Source: Geosiphon pyriformis uo1 (Eukaryota > Fungi > Glomeromycota). Taken from it: DNA of 64,000 nucleotides. The first letter of the stretch is position 1. Each line of letters begins with the position of its first letter. Positions 9,912-23,188 of this stretch are shown in pieces. Below the pieces are notes generated by a model. That model was not told the origin of the DNA and searched no databases. It worked only from the letters and a program-made list of their open reading frames with translations. Made by a program: the position numbers and the translations under genes. The DNA is taken from contig JAAOMT010000681.1 of the NCBI GenBank assembly GCA_016748015.1, positions 71,605-135,604 of the forward strand, given 5' to 3'.

Positions 9912-10550
9912 TCGGATTTAGTCTGGCAGTCATGCCTTTCTAGTAAGCTATCTGATAATATATAAAATCCTACCCTTATTTCTAGGTCTTTTACCAGGCT
10001 ATCCTTGACATCAATAACTCAGTGCTTAATCTTTTAATCAATTAGTATATAACAACAAAATCCAAGAAAGAAAGAAAATAAAATAAAGAAAATAAAAATA
10101 AAGAAAAATAGAGACAATAAGCCAAGACAATTTGGTATGTTAGTATCCTGTCAATAGCTGTGATTAAGAGCTATTGTTCTAATATGGTTAAGTATTAATT
10201 ACTATCGAAGTGTTGATAGTGAAGAGTAGATTGAGATATAGAATAATTATTTATTTGATGATTGGGAACTGGAAAGTTGCTTAAATTAAATCTAAACTGA
10301 GAGGTCTGTCTTTTTAGCTTCTAATCTTGCTGCTATATATACATAATTGAGATTCCTCAATTCCTTGATTTTTCACAACAGGAATCCTGGAATTCCTGAA
10401 ATCCTGTGATTTCTTGTTGGGGAATCCTGCAATTTCTGAAAAGAATCCTGGAATTCCACATTTTACTATGTCTACCTCTGATTGGCTAATATCTACTGAC
10501 TAATAATACTATATTTCCTATATTCTATGAATAAAAATGAATCCACTACA
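9912..10550 (-). repeat. Remainder of the host Gypsy LTR interrupted by E1
   Basis: Shares the TATA, AATAAA and CAATAGCT..AGCTATTG core with the E4/E5/E6 LTRs; starts with TGTAG on the minus strand at 10550; GGAATCC-type U3 repeats at 10350-10460. Confidence 0.75.
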
Positions 10551-10790
10551 CCACCAGGTATATCAGAATTCTTAGATTTCTTGTATGAAGGAACATAAGA
10601 ATATATGCTCTTAATGTGTACTTTCTTTTTATTATTAAACTAGGTCCCCAATCCAGCCAAAACAGAACTAAAACTATTAGCAAAAAAGCCTACTGGTTCT
10701 ATTACAACAAAAAGAAGAAAGTCAGAAGAAATAATTAAAAAAAAAACAAAGGGAGAAAGGAATAAAACTAATTAAAACTTCTATAAAATA
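10551..10790 (-). mobile_element. 5' end of a LINE (ORF1 N-terminus), interrupted by the host LTR element
   Basis: Minus strand reads EPVGFFANSFSSVLAGLGT*FNNKKKVHIKSIYSYVPSYKKSK, similar to the ORF1 start at ~57840. Confidence 0.65.
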
Positions 10791-11391
10791 TTGCTTTTGT
10801 CATAATTAGAGAATTGACAAGAGAAAAAGTTTTTTAAATAGCTTTTTAAATTAGTCTTTTATAATTTTAAAATTTATTATTATTAATTGTTTTTGTTATT
10901 ATAAGTTTTATATATAACTTAAAAATCAATATTATTTTTTTATTTTTTTTAAAGCATTTTTAACAACTAAATCTATTGAAAAAACAAAAAATTAAGTGAA
11001 AATATCTTCAAAACTAAAAAAATATTTTTATAAAAAATTTTAAACTTGTTATAAACAAAAAAAATCTTGTTAAAAAAAATTATATAAAATATTTTTTTGG
11101 TTATTTTAATTAAAACAATAAGTTTAGTGTTTATTAAGATTTTTTTACTTAAAAATTTTGAAATTATAAATACTCTAGCTTTTTATTAAAATGTAAAACA
11201 AATTTATATATTAAATATAAATTTAACAATTTTAAAAATAATGAAATACATAAAATAATTTATAAAAAAAAAACTTCTTTCTCTCTTATCTCCAAAATCA
11301 TTAAAAAGCATTTTTCTAAATAAAGAAGTTTTTTTGTTATTTTTCCCTGCTGTATTAATTTACTATTTCTCTAACTAATAACTCTTTTGTT

Positions 11392-13294
11392 GTGGATTTG
11401 GAAGCTGCTTCTAATGGCATTATGTCTAAGAAGACAGTGGCCAAAAGTGCTTTTTCTGGTCCTGCTGGCAGTTCTTTTGCTCAAAAGAAAAAGGTTGGAG
11501 TTGGCAATATTAAACACTCTGGTAATGAAAAAAATATTTCTTTGGTCAGGTCTAGTGCTAATGGTGGTGAGTTTTCTGATATGAATAGTAAATCTAGTGA
11601 TAATGGTGATGGTAGTGGTGGTGCTATTTCTATAGTTGGTGTTAGTGGTGGGTTTTTTTTTGGCTCGGCAGCTACCACTTCTAAAGCAAAGCAAGTTAAA
11701 CCTGATATGACTCTCAGTTCTTCTTTCAGCTTTCCCAATTACGACATGGATAAGGAAGTTATACCTTTTCCACTTCCTTTTAAGAAAATCCCCTTAGAGA
11801 AGATTTGGATTGATCCCAAAAATTGTGAAAACTCCTGTTGAGGTGGCTAAGAATAAGTCTTTTACATTGGATATCAATTTTTTGGCAGTAAAAGACAATT
11901 CAATTACAGCAAAAACTCAGCTTATTCGAAAAATTTTCTCAAAAGTCAATGGTTTTGAAGAGGCCACTACTCCCTTAAAATTTGAAGAGATCATCTGATT
12001 AATGTTTACATCTGAAGAAAGCATGAAGAAAGCCATTTCATTGGCTGAAGTTAATGATATCAATGTAAACACTGATCTTAAAAAACAGAGTTTTTGTTCA
12101 AATCGGGCTGTAGTAATTAAAAAAATTCTCATAAATACACCAAAAAATATGATCATCACTGCAGTATCCGAATTTGGAGTTATTAAATCAATAAAAGTTC
12201 AGCTGATTGAGATATGGCAGAAGGCTGTGGTAAAATTTGCCAAATCAGGTTAGGCTAATCTGCTGGCTTCCAAATAGTTATTCTTAATTGGGAAAGATTC
12301 AATGCATGGGGCCAAAGTTGTGAGAAATTGTGATGTCTGGGCATCAAAAAATCAGTTTAGAGCACTGTTGTTTATCTTGCCTATGGGTACAACTGCACAT
12401 GATTTTGGGGCTTTCTTAAAACAGGCTGGTAGGAAAACATGTATTATCAATTGCTTATTGGAAACAGGCAATAGGTTTTGTTGTGCTGTGGTTGGTTTCA
12501 AATTTGAGGAAGTGTTGGAGTCTGCTTTTTGCACTGTGCCAAATTTTGGTAGGGTACAACTCTCATGGGCCAGATTGAATTTGGTTTGGTGTGAGAAATA
12601 TAGGTGTTTTGGCCACTCAATTCTTAAATGTAATATGCCTGATACATCATCTTCCAATTCTCCAGTCTTATTTAAAAAACATGCTTTTGGTGTGAGTTAT
12701 CTTCAGCTGGCAAAGCTGTATGCCAAGAAAAATGTTCCTATCTCTTGTTCTGTTGCTTTTGGTGGCAAGTCATGGGCCCAAGTAGTTTCCCTTGCCTCTT
12801 CTTCTAGTGGCTCTCCATCTGGTTCTGGTGTTAGGTCTGGTGCCTCCTCATTTGGTGTCTTTGGTTTGAATGGTAGCTCTTCTTCAGTCTTGTCTAACAA
12901 CTCTTTTATGGTTGCTTGTTTGGCGTCTTTAGAATGCTCTTTGGAGATCTTGGGCAACCAAGTTTCCAGTATTCTCAAAAAATTGAGTTTTGTCGATTTG
13001 GTGCCATTGGAGCTGTCCCTTAGTAATCCCTCCTTGGTTGTCTCTGTGCCTGTAGTTCCTGTTTTGGATTCAGATATGGCTCTGAATAATGAATTGTCTT
13101 CTGTTCCTCTTCTTTCAAGTGTTAATGAATTGGTTGCTAATCTTAGCTTGAGTAGTTTTAAGATTCTGACTGCCAAGGTAAGCAGTTTGGAATCAAAGTT
13201 GGTGGCTTTAGAGGCATCTGTTGGGTCTATTTTATCAAAATTGGATTTTCTTTGTTTTGGTTTGGGTTTGCTGCTAAACTCTTTTTCCCAATGA
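11392..13294 (+). pseudogene. LINE ORF1 (nucleic-acid chaperone with CCHC-like knuckle and coiled coil)
   Basis: Fragments 11392-11841, 11810-11998, 12002-12253 and 12302-13294; CEKYRCFGHSILKC motif; heptad-like KVSSLESKLVALEASV. Confidence 0.8.
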
Positions 13295-16200
13295 GTGATC
13301 TAGTATGGAGAATTGCTACGTGCAATGTGCATGGGATGAACAATTTTGCAAAACAGGAAGACATTTTTTGTTGGCATACTGATTCTGGCAATTTGATCTC
13401 AATTGTTACAAAAACCAAATTGTGTTCTAATTCACAGCCATGAATAATGAAAAAGTTTGAGGGTGTTCGGGTTTTTACATCTGGGTTGGATGCTAGATTT
13501 TGTGGTGCTGGTGTTGCCATCTTCATGAATAATTCCTTGGCTTGTCATGTTTCCAAAGTCATAAAGGTTAAGAGCAGAGTTCTTTTGGTTTGTCTTCTGT
13601 TTAAAAACAAGCTTTCAATTTTGGTTATTGGGTTGTATATGTGTGCATTTGGTTGTGACAGATTTGTTCAGGCTTCTGTGGTTAACTTTTTTATTGTCAA
13701 TGCTGTCAACAAGAGTTCTTTTGTTGTTTTGGATGGAGATTTCAATGAAGACAATTTTGTGAAGGATGCTAGCCTTAGAAAATGCTTGGGGTTGGGTTTG
13801 GTCAACACTCTTAAAAGATGTCATCTGACTGAGATTCTTACCTAGAACAATTCAAGAGGTGTGAGCAAAGTTTTGGACTATATTTTTGTTAGTAATTCTT
13901 TGGCATCAGCTGTAGTGCATCATGAAGTTGATTCAGTTTCTGAATTTTTTGACACAGATCACTTGGCCGTCTCAATATTGGTTGGCTTTGGTGGCCTTTT
14001 GGACTTTCATCTAAACAGTCTTCACAAACATACTAATAAGAATTGCTGGAAATTTAAAATTAAGAATGCAGATGTGAAAAAGTGGGCTCTTTTCAAAGAT
14101 TTTTCTGGGTCTGCACTTTTGGGGTCTCTGGCTAAGTTTGAAGTTTCTAAAGAAACGAATAACTTGGATGAGATGTGAGGGGTTTTGGTCAGATCTGTAA
14201 CCACTTCTGCTGATAAGGTTTTTTCAAAATATTGGTTTAGTGAATTCAATTGTGCTAGAAATAGACATTTTTCAAAGTTCTTTAGGTTAGAGTTATTAGT
14301 TGTCAAGTTGTTAAGAATGCTGAAACTGGATAATGCATCTGGCTTCAATCATTTTGTTGATGCTTGGTTTGTTGTTGACCCTACTGAGGCATCTTTGGTT
14401 CATGGTATGATTGATAATGGTGTGTGCAATAGTATTTTGGTGGGTCATCTTTCAAAAATTCATAAATATTATAGGAAGTTCAAGTATTTTGAGTCTGAAG
14501 TGGCCAAAGGTCTTGTGATCAGAGATGCAATTGATAAGTGTATGGAAAAATTTAGTACTGACAAGGGTGGGATAATTAAGAGCATCTTGGAATGGCCTTT
14601 TCACAAAGTTGTCTTGGACTATTTGGTTGTCGATGACTCTCTCATTTTGGAACCTGATGAAGTGAAACTCAAAGTTGATGACATCATAGTTAATTGGACC
14701 AGAAAAAAAAATGCTTTTTCAGTTCTGTCTGGCCCTTGGGCACAACAATATGCCCCTCTGGATTACGTCAATAATAGTGCTTTTAGCTTGGTCATATGCG
14801 ATATTAGCATGAGTGAGATGTCTTTGGTAATTAACAATCTTCCTGATGGCAAAGCTGCTAGTTTATTTGGGATCCCCAATGAACTTTGGAAACATGCTGA
14901 TGCTTTGGTCTTGGAGTGTTTGTTGGCTTTGTTAAACTATTGTTTATATTTTGGTGATATTCTAATCCTTTGGAAGAAGACTTGGGTGTCTATGATCCCT
15001 AAGCCTTATGATTGGGATGGTGTTCTTTCAAATACATGACCTATTGCTTTGATCGAAACTGCCAGAAAGATTCTTTCAAAAATTCTTTCAGATAGAATTT
15101 TTTTTGCTTGTAGTAAGTTTGATGTTCTCCATGGTAATAACTTTTCAGTCCTCAAGGGTATGTCTACTCAATCTCTTTTTTTTGCTGTGAGCTTTATTGT
15201 GGAAGATGCTTTGGAAAAGGACTGTGAGCTTTGGCTGGTTCTTCAAAACATGTGTAAAGCATATAATTCCATTGGTTGGCCTCATTTGAAAGCTAGTTTA
15301 CGTCATGTCAAAATGTGTGACAGGTTTATTAGGTTTTTTATCAACATCCACAACAACTGATTCAACAAAGTTAAGACTGATTTCCACTTTTCAGATGGAT
15401 ACAGGGTGCATGATGGTTTGGATTAGGGTGAAATCTTCTTCCTGCTTCTCTGGAGAATTTTCTATGACCCCCTGTTATGTGAGATTATAAGACAGGATCA
15501 TTTATGTGGGTATCAGATTAACTTCAACTTTGTAGCAAAGACCAGTAGGATAGAGACTAGTAGGAGTATAATGTCGTTCTTTGCAGCTGGTGCTTTTGTT
15601 AATGACACAATTTGGGTGAAGAATGAACAGGCTTCTACTCAACATATTTTTGGTATTGCCAGCGAGTTTTTCTCTATTAATGATATTAATATTAACAATA
15701 AAAAGACTGTCACCATTCCTATCAACAAGAAGGTAAGTTCTCCAGTCTTGTCAATCAATGGCCAAGCTATTGCTATTGCTAAGCCTGATAAAAGTCATAG
15801 ATATTTGGGTATTTTTTTATCCACTTATGGCTTGTTCAAGCCAAGCCTAGCCAAAGTTAGTTCGGATGTCCAATTTTTTTTGAATTTGGTTTTTCAGAAA
15901 GCTATATCTGATAAACAATTTTCTTATTTAGTCTCAGCTGTTCTACAACCTATTGTTAGTTATCGGACTCAATTTAGTTTTGTTTTCAGAGTTGTGTGTC
16001 AAAAATGGGACATTTTAATCAGAAAGGGCCTTAGATTGAAGACTTGTCTGCTAAGAAACTTTCCGAATGAGGTCTTATATCATCTGTTCCTTTATGGTCT
16101 GAAGTTTTTTGAACAATTGCAAGCTGAGTACAAAGTGGCATCCATTGTGCAGTTTGCCAATGCCTCTGGGATTCTTGGCCAGTTGTTTGACTATCATCTT

Positions 16201-17976
16201 TTAGATTTACAAGTTTTGTGCTGGGCTTCACTAAATCCTCTCCAATTTTCTGTTAAGTTGAAGGTGACCACTTTCAATAATTTTCTGGTGGGTGTGGTTT
16301 GTTTGTTTGTAGATAATAAATTATTCTTGGTCAACTATCTTCCCAATGCCTTTCAATCTTCTGACCGCTTCTCAATGTCAGTAATTTTAGGTGATTCCTT
16401 GTATTTCAATGTAGCCTGTTCCTTAAAATTAGCTGGAGTGGCTTTTGGAGACCAACTCTTAGACAAAAATGGTTCTGTTATCAATTGGCATACATTTCAC
16501 TATTGAAAAAGACTGAGTTCTAAGAGCTCTGTGCCTTGTTAGTTTATGAAGGCTTCTGCCTATATGAACAATTTTTTGAATGTTTCTCCTTCTTTGGAGT
16601 TGGCAATCTCTTGCCCTGATGTTTTAAATTCAGCTATGTTTGCTGGTGTTTATGATGACCAGCATGGATTATGAGCTGATGAATTTTGTGTTTACACTAA
16701 CAGTTTCCTCAAGGGTTTGGGTATGCCTCAAGTGACTTGTGGTGCTGCTGCTTACTTTCCTAGTTTGAATAGAAGTCTGGAAGTGGAAGTTCATGGTGTT
16801 CTGTTATCTACTTTGGCAGAGCTGCAGGCTGTTGCTTTGGCTCTGATGTGTGTTCCTGCTTCATGTTTGGTTGCCTTATATACTGACAGTCAGACGTCTA
16901 TTGATGCATGTGTTTTTGAATTGGGTCTTTTACAACCTAATTATCACAACAAGTGTTGAATAGAATGGCATCATGTTGTTAATTTGATTAAATCCAAGGA
17001 CTTTTCTGTCTGCTGGATCAAAGTTAAGAGTCATGCTAACATTGCTGGTAATGTTAAGGTTGATGCTCTTGCCAATCAGACTGCACACTCTGGAGTTTCT
17101 CTCCCTGCTGGAATTTCTGATAGATATATGGTTGCTAATGGTAAGGTGGTTTCTGGAAATGCTCACCACTTTGTCTGTGACATCTTTTGTTCTGTCTGTT
17201 GTCTTCAATGAGAGGTTGGTCCTGGTCAGAGTGTTTGGTCTGGTTTATTTGGTTTGGATGTTGATTGGAATAGCACTACTCTGGTCTGGCACTCTGACTC
17301 TTATATGTTCTCTGAAAGTACTTGTCGGACCACTGCTGCTCTTCACACATATTTTATGAAAGCTGTTCATTTAAGACTACCTATTGTCATCTGAAAGAGA
17401 CTTTATGATAAGGCTTATTCTGGGATTCTGTGTTTGTTTTGTGGTAATGTGGAGCTTTCCGACCATGTTTTTACTTGTGCTAATGATGTCTCTGCTTGTT
17501 CTAATATTTTGAATAAGTTTGGTAATCTGTGGAGATCTCTGTTGGGTTGTGATTTGGCTTTGCCATCTTCTGTGCTGAGTGATCTCTCTTTGGGATTATC
17601 TGATATTGGTTTGTATTCTGTTTTTTGCAAGGGGTTTGTTCTGAATAGGTGAGTGGATGAGGCCACTGTGGCTCTTGATGCCAGGAAGAAGGCAATCTTT
17701 GTAGTGGTAGATTTTGTTCATCATCTGGCCGAGTGGCATAGATTGAGTCTTTGGCTTTTTAGGGCTAAATTCAGAGTGAACATAGAAAGGGAAGACTTGA
17801 TTGGTGATGATAGTATTGTGCCTGGTCCTGTTGGTGTGTCCTCCTCACCTCTCTCTGCTGGTGCTATTTGACTTATCAACATTCTGGATTCACTTAGTGT
17901 CAGTTTTGGCTTTAAGGAGAGGTTCTTGTTTTTCTCTAGTGCAATTAGTAGGGTTTGTGTTTCTATAGGTGTGTAG
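13291..17976 (+). pseudogene. LINE ORF2: AP endonuclease - RT - RNase H - Cys/His finger
   Basis: ATCNVHG, GDFN, LDYIFVS and TDH (APE); FVN(D)DT (RT); STLAELQAV, YTDSQ and KVKSH..GN..D (RNase H); CLFCGNVELSDHVFTC. One 1562-codon frame with scattered stops. Confidence 0.92.
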
Positions 17977-18249
17977 TATTGCCTTGATTGACTTGAGTGG
18001 CCAGTCACATGTAGTCAATGCATAAACCATGTTTAGTTAACTACTTTTTTTGTATCTTAGTCTAGATTATGGTTGGGCTGCACTCGTTAAAAATATAAAA
18101 AAAAAAAAAAAAATAGTTTTAAAACATAATTATTGTAATATTTTCAAAATTTATTGGTAATCTTAAACAAACTAATGGTTTTTTTATTAAAAAATCTTTA
18201 ATTATAACAAATATTTTATTAAAACTAATTTCAATTATTATATTAAAAA

Positions 18250-19444
18250 AAATATTGTTATTAATATAAATTAAAAGAAAATATTATTAAACCTATAAGT
18301 TAAAAACTATGTTTAATATTATAGAAACAGCTAGAGAAAATGTTTTAAAAATTTTTTCCTTACTTAATAATCATGAAAAACTGTTTTTAATAACTACTAA
18401 AATATTTTTTTCATTTTTGGCTGGTTTTTTACCAATTAAAGTTTCTTTAAAGAGACATATTTAGATTAATTTTAGTGTTGTTTCCACCTAATTTAAGAGT
18501 CCAAAAGTTTTTAATAACAGATTAGTTAACAAGCTAGTTTTTTTTTATAGTTTTTATATCTAGTACTGTTAGTAGCACCTCTTTAAAAAATATAATTAAA
18601 AAGACCAAAAATTCAAAAAAATAAAGCAGTTATTTGTTTCTGCTATTGTTACACCAAATTTCTTTGTGATATTAATAAGATTTTAGATAAAATATTTGTT
18701 GTATTATCTAACACATTATCTAAGATGGGCCAAAATTAACTACTGGTTGTGTTGTCAAATATGATATTCTTTAGCAAATTATTGCTGATTTTAAAAGCAA
18801 AACAATAGTCTTTATTGGATTATTTTTTTTTAAAAACTGGGCTAATCAGATAAAAACTAATTTAATTTTTTTCTTGATTTCTGGTGCTGTCATTAGTGAT
18901 GTTTAAAAAACTATTATTAGTTATTAAAAATTTGCTAAGTGAGTGGTTTTTATTTTAGTGTCTAATACAACTTTCAAAATCAAATTGGTTTATATTAAAA
19001 CTGTTTTTCAATCTGTGCATGGTTTTTTAAGTACAAAATCTTTTTCTAAAGACAATATTAAGCTTTTTTGTATAAAGTTTGTTTTTTAAAATTCTTTGAA
19101 TGCTATGTTTCTGGTTGAGCTTACAAATTTTGTTTGTTTGGTTATTTTTAAATTTGCAAAGTTTTTGGTAGTTTCAAAAACTGGTTTTTTTTTTGCTGTT
19201 ATTGTACTATATGATATGTTTTTGAGTATATCTGCTGCTAATATTAAGATAACTTTTAATATATTTGGTAAAATTGCTTATGTTATACTGAAGTCTAGTA
19301 GTATTTAACAATATAGGATTGTTTATTTTGTTAAACTGGACTCTGCTGTATCTGCTTTAAATTATTGGTCAGCTTTAATGAATAAAAATAGTGTTAAAAT
19401 TTTTTTTTAATAAATCAAAATAAGATTATTTTATTTTATAATAG
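18250..19444 (+). mobile_element. ORF1-only LINE derivative (HAL1-like), 5' part, interrupted by E3
   Basis: Decayed ORF1-like coding sequence that resumes at 47131. The 5' boundary is uncertain. Confidence 0.6.
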
Positions 19445-20160
19445 TGTTATAAATTGAAGTAACAAACTAATAAATAGCAAAAAAACACAAGATTGTAAAA
19501 TAATAAAAAAAATCAAAGAGAATTCAACTTCAAAAAGTGAATTAAATGAGTATGAATTTAATATATAAAATCAGTCTCATAAAATATCTTAGTTATTATA
19601 CTTTTTAAAAGATAACTGAAAAATTTGAAGATAAAAGGATAGTTTATACTGTTAACAAATGATTACACACTGGTATAATTCTATGTCTTACATTGGTACT
19701 TTTAGAATTCAATATCAGATATCAGATGTGTTTTTCAGTCATATTTTATTTAATAATCTTCAAATGCTACAATTACATATTTTAAGAAAAAAGTAGAGAA
19801 TAACCAACAAGTAATCTTTTATCTTAAGATGTTCAAATACTTGAAGGTAAGGAAAGAGAAATTAGTGATAAGAGAAAAATTGAGATGAAAGTTATTATTT
19901 TATTTATTTGATTTCTTCAATTTCTGATATGTATTTCTATAGCTAAGAGATTCATTGCTTATATAGCTATCAAAAAGAGTCAATGATCAGGTTAACAACT
20001 AGGTTAATAATCAGATCAATAATTAGATTAATGATCAGATCAACAATAGGGTCATTAATCAGGTCAATGATTACTATCTAAAAATAAAGTAACTAATTAT
20101 ATGACATCAGTGGTTAATACATGTAATAACTAATAAAAAATATGGGTTTTAATCATAATA
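19445..20160 (-). repeat. 3' LTR of E3
   Basis: Direct repeat of 46475-47130; 12-bp tandem array at ~19980-20074. Confidence 0.9.
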
Positions 20161-20579
20161 TCATCCTCTTAAAAAAAATTAAGCTCTGGCAAAATCAAGA
20201 TATTTATAAAATAATCTATTTAAAGAGTTTTGTTTAATTCAAAGCTAACTAGTTTATTGAAGTCTTTGGTAGATAAGATATATAATATTTAAGGTGAAAT
20301 GAGTTTTGTATCTAAGAAACCAAATTTTTGTATTAAAGTTTTGGTTCTTTTAGCAATAGTTAAAACTTTTGAGATATCTAATTATATAATGCCCAAAATT
20401 TTTGCCTGTATCTTTAAAATTGTTTTTTTGGGTCTAATAATAATATGTGTTCTATTGTTATCAGTTATAGTGATTTGTTTTTTAATAATCAGAGTAGCAT
20501 TTGGATAGTTTTTGATTTAATACTTATGAAAAATATAGAAAATGTTTTAAATGTTTTGATCCAAGAAATAATTATTCAT
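20161..20579 (-). pseudogene. E3 ORF3 (shorter, divergent homolog)
   Basis: ATG at 20579; reads ...IAKRTKTLIQKFGFLDTKLISP*ILYILSTKDFNKL...LPELNFF, resembling the ORF3 C-terminal motif. Confidence 0.55.
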
Positions 20580-20689
20580 GTTAATTGAAAATATTTCTGT
20601 TTTAGAAATAATATATTTATTTATACTTGATTTTTGCTGATTATTTAAGTCAGTATTACTACAACAGACAACCAATCAGATCATTTATG

Positions 20690-23188
20690 ATATTTTTTGA
20701 GTCATGTACCATAAACAAGACGATTATTAAAGATTGTTTCAGATTAATCTTGAAAAATATAAGAACTATTGATTAAAACTTTGTTAATTATAAAGAGTTT
20801 TTTCTACTGGCTAAAGAATTTATTATCATAGATATTGTTTCTGTCTGAACAGTATTCCAATATTAAGTTACCAATACTTAATGAAAGTGTTTTTAAGTTT
20901 TTTTTTTCTTAAGCTTTTTTTGAAACTGTTTTATCTTTTCAAAGGTAATTATTTGTGTTTCTATCAATGAGTCAAGAATGGTATCAAGTCTTCTTTGCAA
21001 AATGTTTTTATAATTCCCTATTGTAATTTCTTTAAAAAATATTGTTTCAATGTCAATTTCTATTGGTAGTATTGCCATGCATTCATAGAACAGATAAAAA
21101 GATTCATAATTTGTTATGTCATAATTTACAGTTTTATAAGCAAACAAAGCTAAAGACAGTACTTTGTTCTATAAGTTTGTTTTTTTACTGGTTTTAGCTA
21201 AGGTTTTACATAGTGTTCTATTGAAATATTCTACTAAACTATTTGTTTGCAAGTGGTAAGAGAAGAAAAGTTTATGATGTATTTCCATTTTTTTACAAAG
21301 TTTTTCAACCAGTGTACTAAGAAAAACTCTTCTTCTATCAAATAAAAGTTTTTTGAAACAGTCATAATAGCAAATAATATCTTTATAAATAAAGTTGGCT
21401 ATTAAAACTGCTGTTTGATCTGGAGTGGTTCTTGTTTCTACTCACTTTGTAAGATAGTCAGTAGCTGTAATAATGTATCTATTGCCGTTAAGAGTTATTA
21501 TTAAGAGTCCAACAACATCTATACCAATTTTGTCAAATAGTTAGTCAATAGAGATTGGATGAATATCTTTCTTCTGGTTGGATTTTCTTTTTTTTTGGCA
21601 GATGTTACAGGTTTTAATGAACTCAACAATGTTTTTTCTTAAGATAGACTAATAATAGTAAGCTAAAGTTTTCTGAATTGTATTTGTTTTTCTAAAGTGT
21701 CTAGCTAATGAATCAGTATACATGTTATAGATCACAATTTTTTTTCTTCAAATCTAATGACTTTTTAGGAATAATCAAGATCTTTTCTATTTCTTTTGTA
21801 AAGTTAGTTTTAATAAATTAAATAGAAATTTAATTGTTTGTACAAATGTTCTCTTTGCTGTTGAGTGTATTCTGGTAGATATTGTTTTTTACCCAAAAAT
21901 TCTATTAAAGCAGAGTAGTTGTCCAAGTTTATTATTATGTTTGTTTATGAGAGTATTACTAATAATTAAGTTAGTTTGGTTAAGAGACTGTACTATTACT
22001 GAATGATAAGTCTAGAAAAAGTGTTGAAATTTTGATAATTTGCTCCTTTGTAGTATTGAATATTATAGTCAAATTCATTTACATAAAGTATCTAGCAAGT
22101 TATTTGTTTGTGTTCTAGCTTCTTTTTATTGTGCAGTCAAATCAAGACTTAATAATCTGTTACTACTAAGAATTTTATATTAAAAAGATATTGGTCTCAG
22201 TAACTAGTAGCCCAAACTACTGTCAAGCATTCTTGTTCAGTAACTGAATAGTTTTTTTCTGTTGGTGTAAGAGTTTTACTGATATATACTATAGTATGTT
22301 TCCTATTATCTTCAATTTTTTGTAATAAAACAGCACCAAGTCTATAACCAGATGCATTAATGTGCAGAATAAAAAGTTGGTTTAGGTCAGGTTGTTTAAA
22401 GATTGGTTTAATAATAAGTTTTTCCTTCAAAGTTTCAAAAGCTTTTTGTTGATGAGTGCTCCAGTGATAATTGTCATTTTTTTTGAATAGCTAATTAAGA
22501 AGAAAAGCAATTTTGGAAAAATTCTTGATAAATTTGTAATAGTAAGAAGCAAATTAAGAAAAAAACATAGTTTAAGAACATTTATTGGTTGTCTAATGTT
22601 CTGAACTTTTCAACTTTAGCTGAATTAGAGAAGATTTCATCTTTTGTAATAAGATAACCAAAGAACTAAGTGGATTGTTGTTCAAAAAAAAATTTGATTG
22701 AATTTATTTTAAGGCCAGGATTTTTAAAGAGATCAAAAACCTTTTACAAGTGTTCAAAGTGTTCATCTCAGATTTTTGAGTATACTATTATATCATCCAG
22801 ATAGACCAGAACAAAGTTTTTTTTTACTGATTCAAACACTTTGTTTATTAGGTGTTAAAAAGTAGAAGAAGCATTGATGAAACTAAAAGACATAATTGTG
22901 GATTTATAGATGTCATACTTGATAATAAAAACAGTTTTCTTTCTATTTTCTAGATCTATCTCTACTTGCCAGAATTTAGCAGTTAAATCAATAGTTAAAA
23001 AGAAAGCAGCATCATTGAATTTGTCTAGCATTGTATTAATTTTGAAGAGTAGGTATATATCTCTTATAGTAATGACATTTAATTAGCAGTAGTTGACACA
23101 GAAGTGTAAAGTTCCATCTTTTTTGGATACAACTAAAAAAGCCTATTTATTTTTGGTTTTTTGTATGAATTCAAGATTTTTCATTTGG
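20690..23188 (-). pseudogene. E3 RT - RNase H (stop at 21998) and separate integrase (from ~21932)
   Basis: ORF fragments 22197-22430 (LHINASGYRLGAVL) and 20893-21147; GIDVVG and NSLVEYFN integrase motifs. Confidence 0.85.

Larger units (their letters stand above)
11274..18113 (+). mobile_element. Full-length LINE (APE-RT-RNase H), decayed
   Basis: Pyrimidine-rich 5' UTR shared with the copy at 60311; ORF1 and ORF2; 3' UTR; poly(A) tail at ~18089-18113; TATAAAAAAAAAA on both sides may be a TSD. Confidence 0.92.

Noticed and set aside
19441-19444. E3 TSD as another NCGG site
   Set aside because: ATAG/ATAA would need several extra mutations, so it is counted as an exception.
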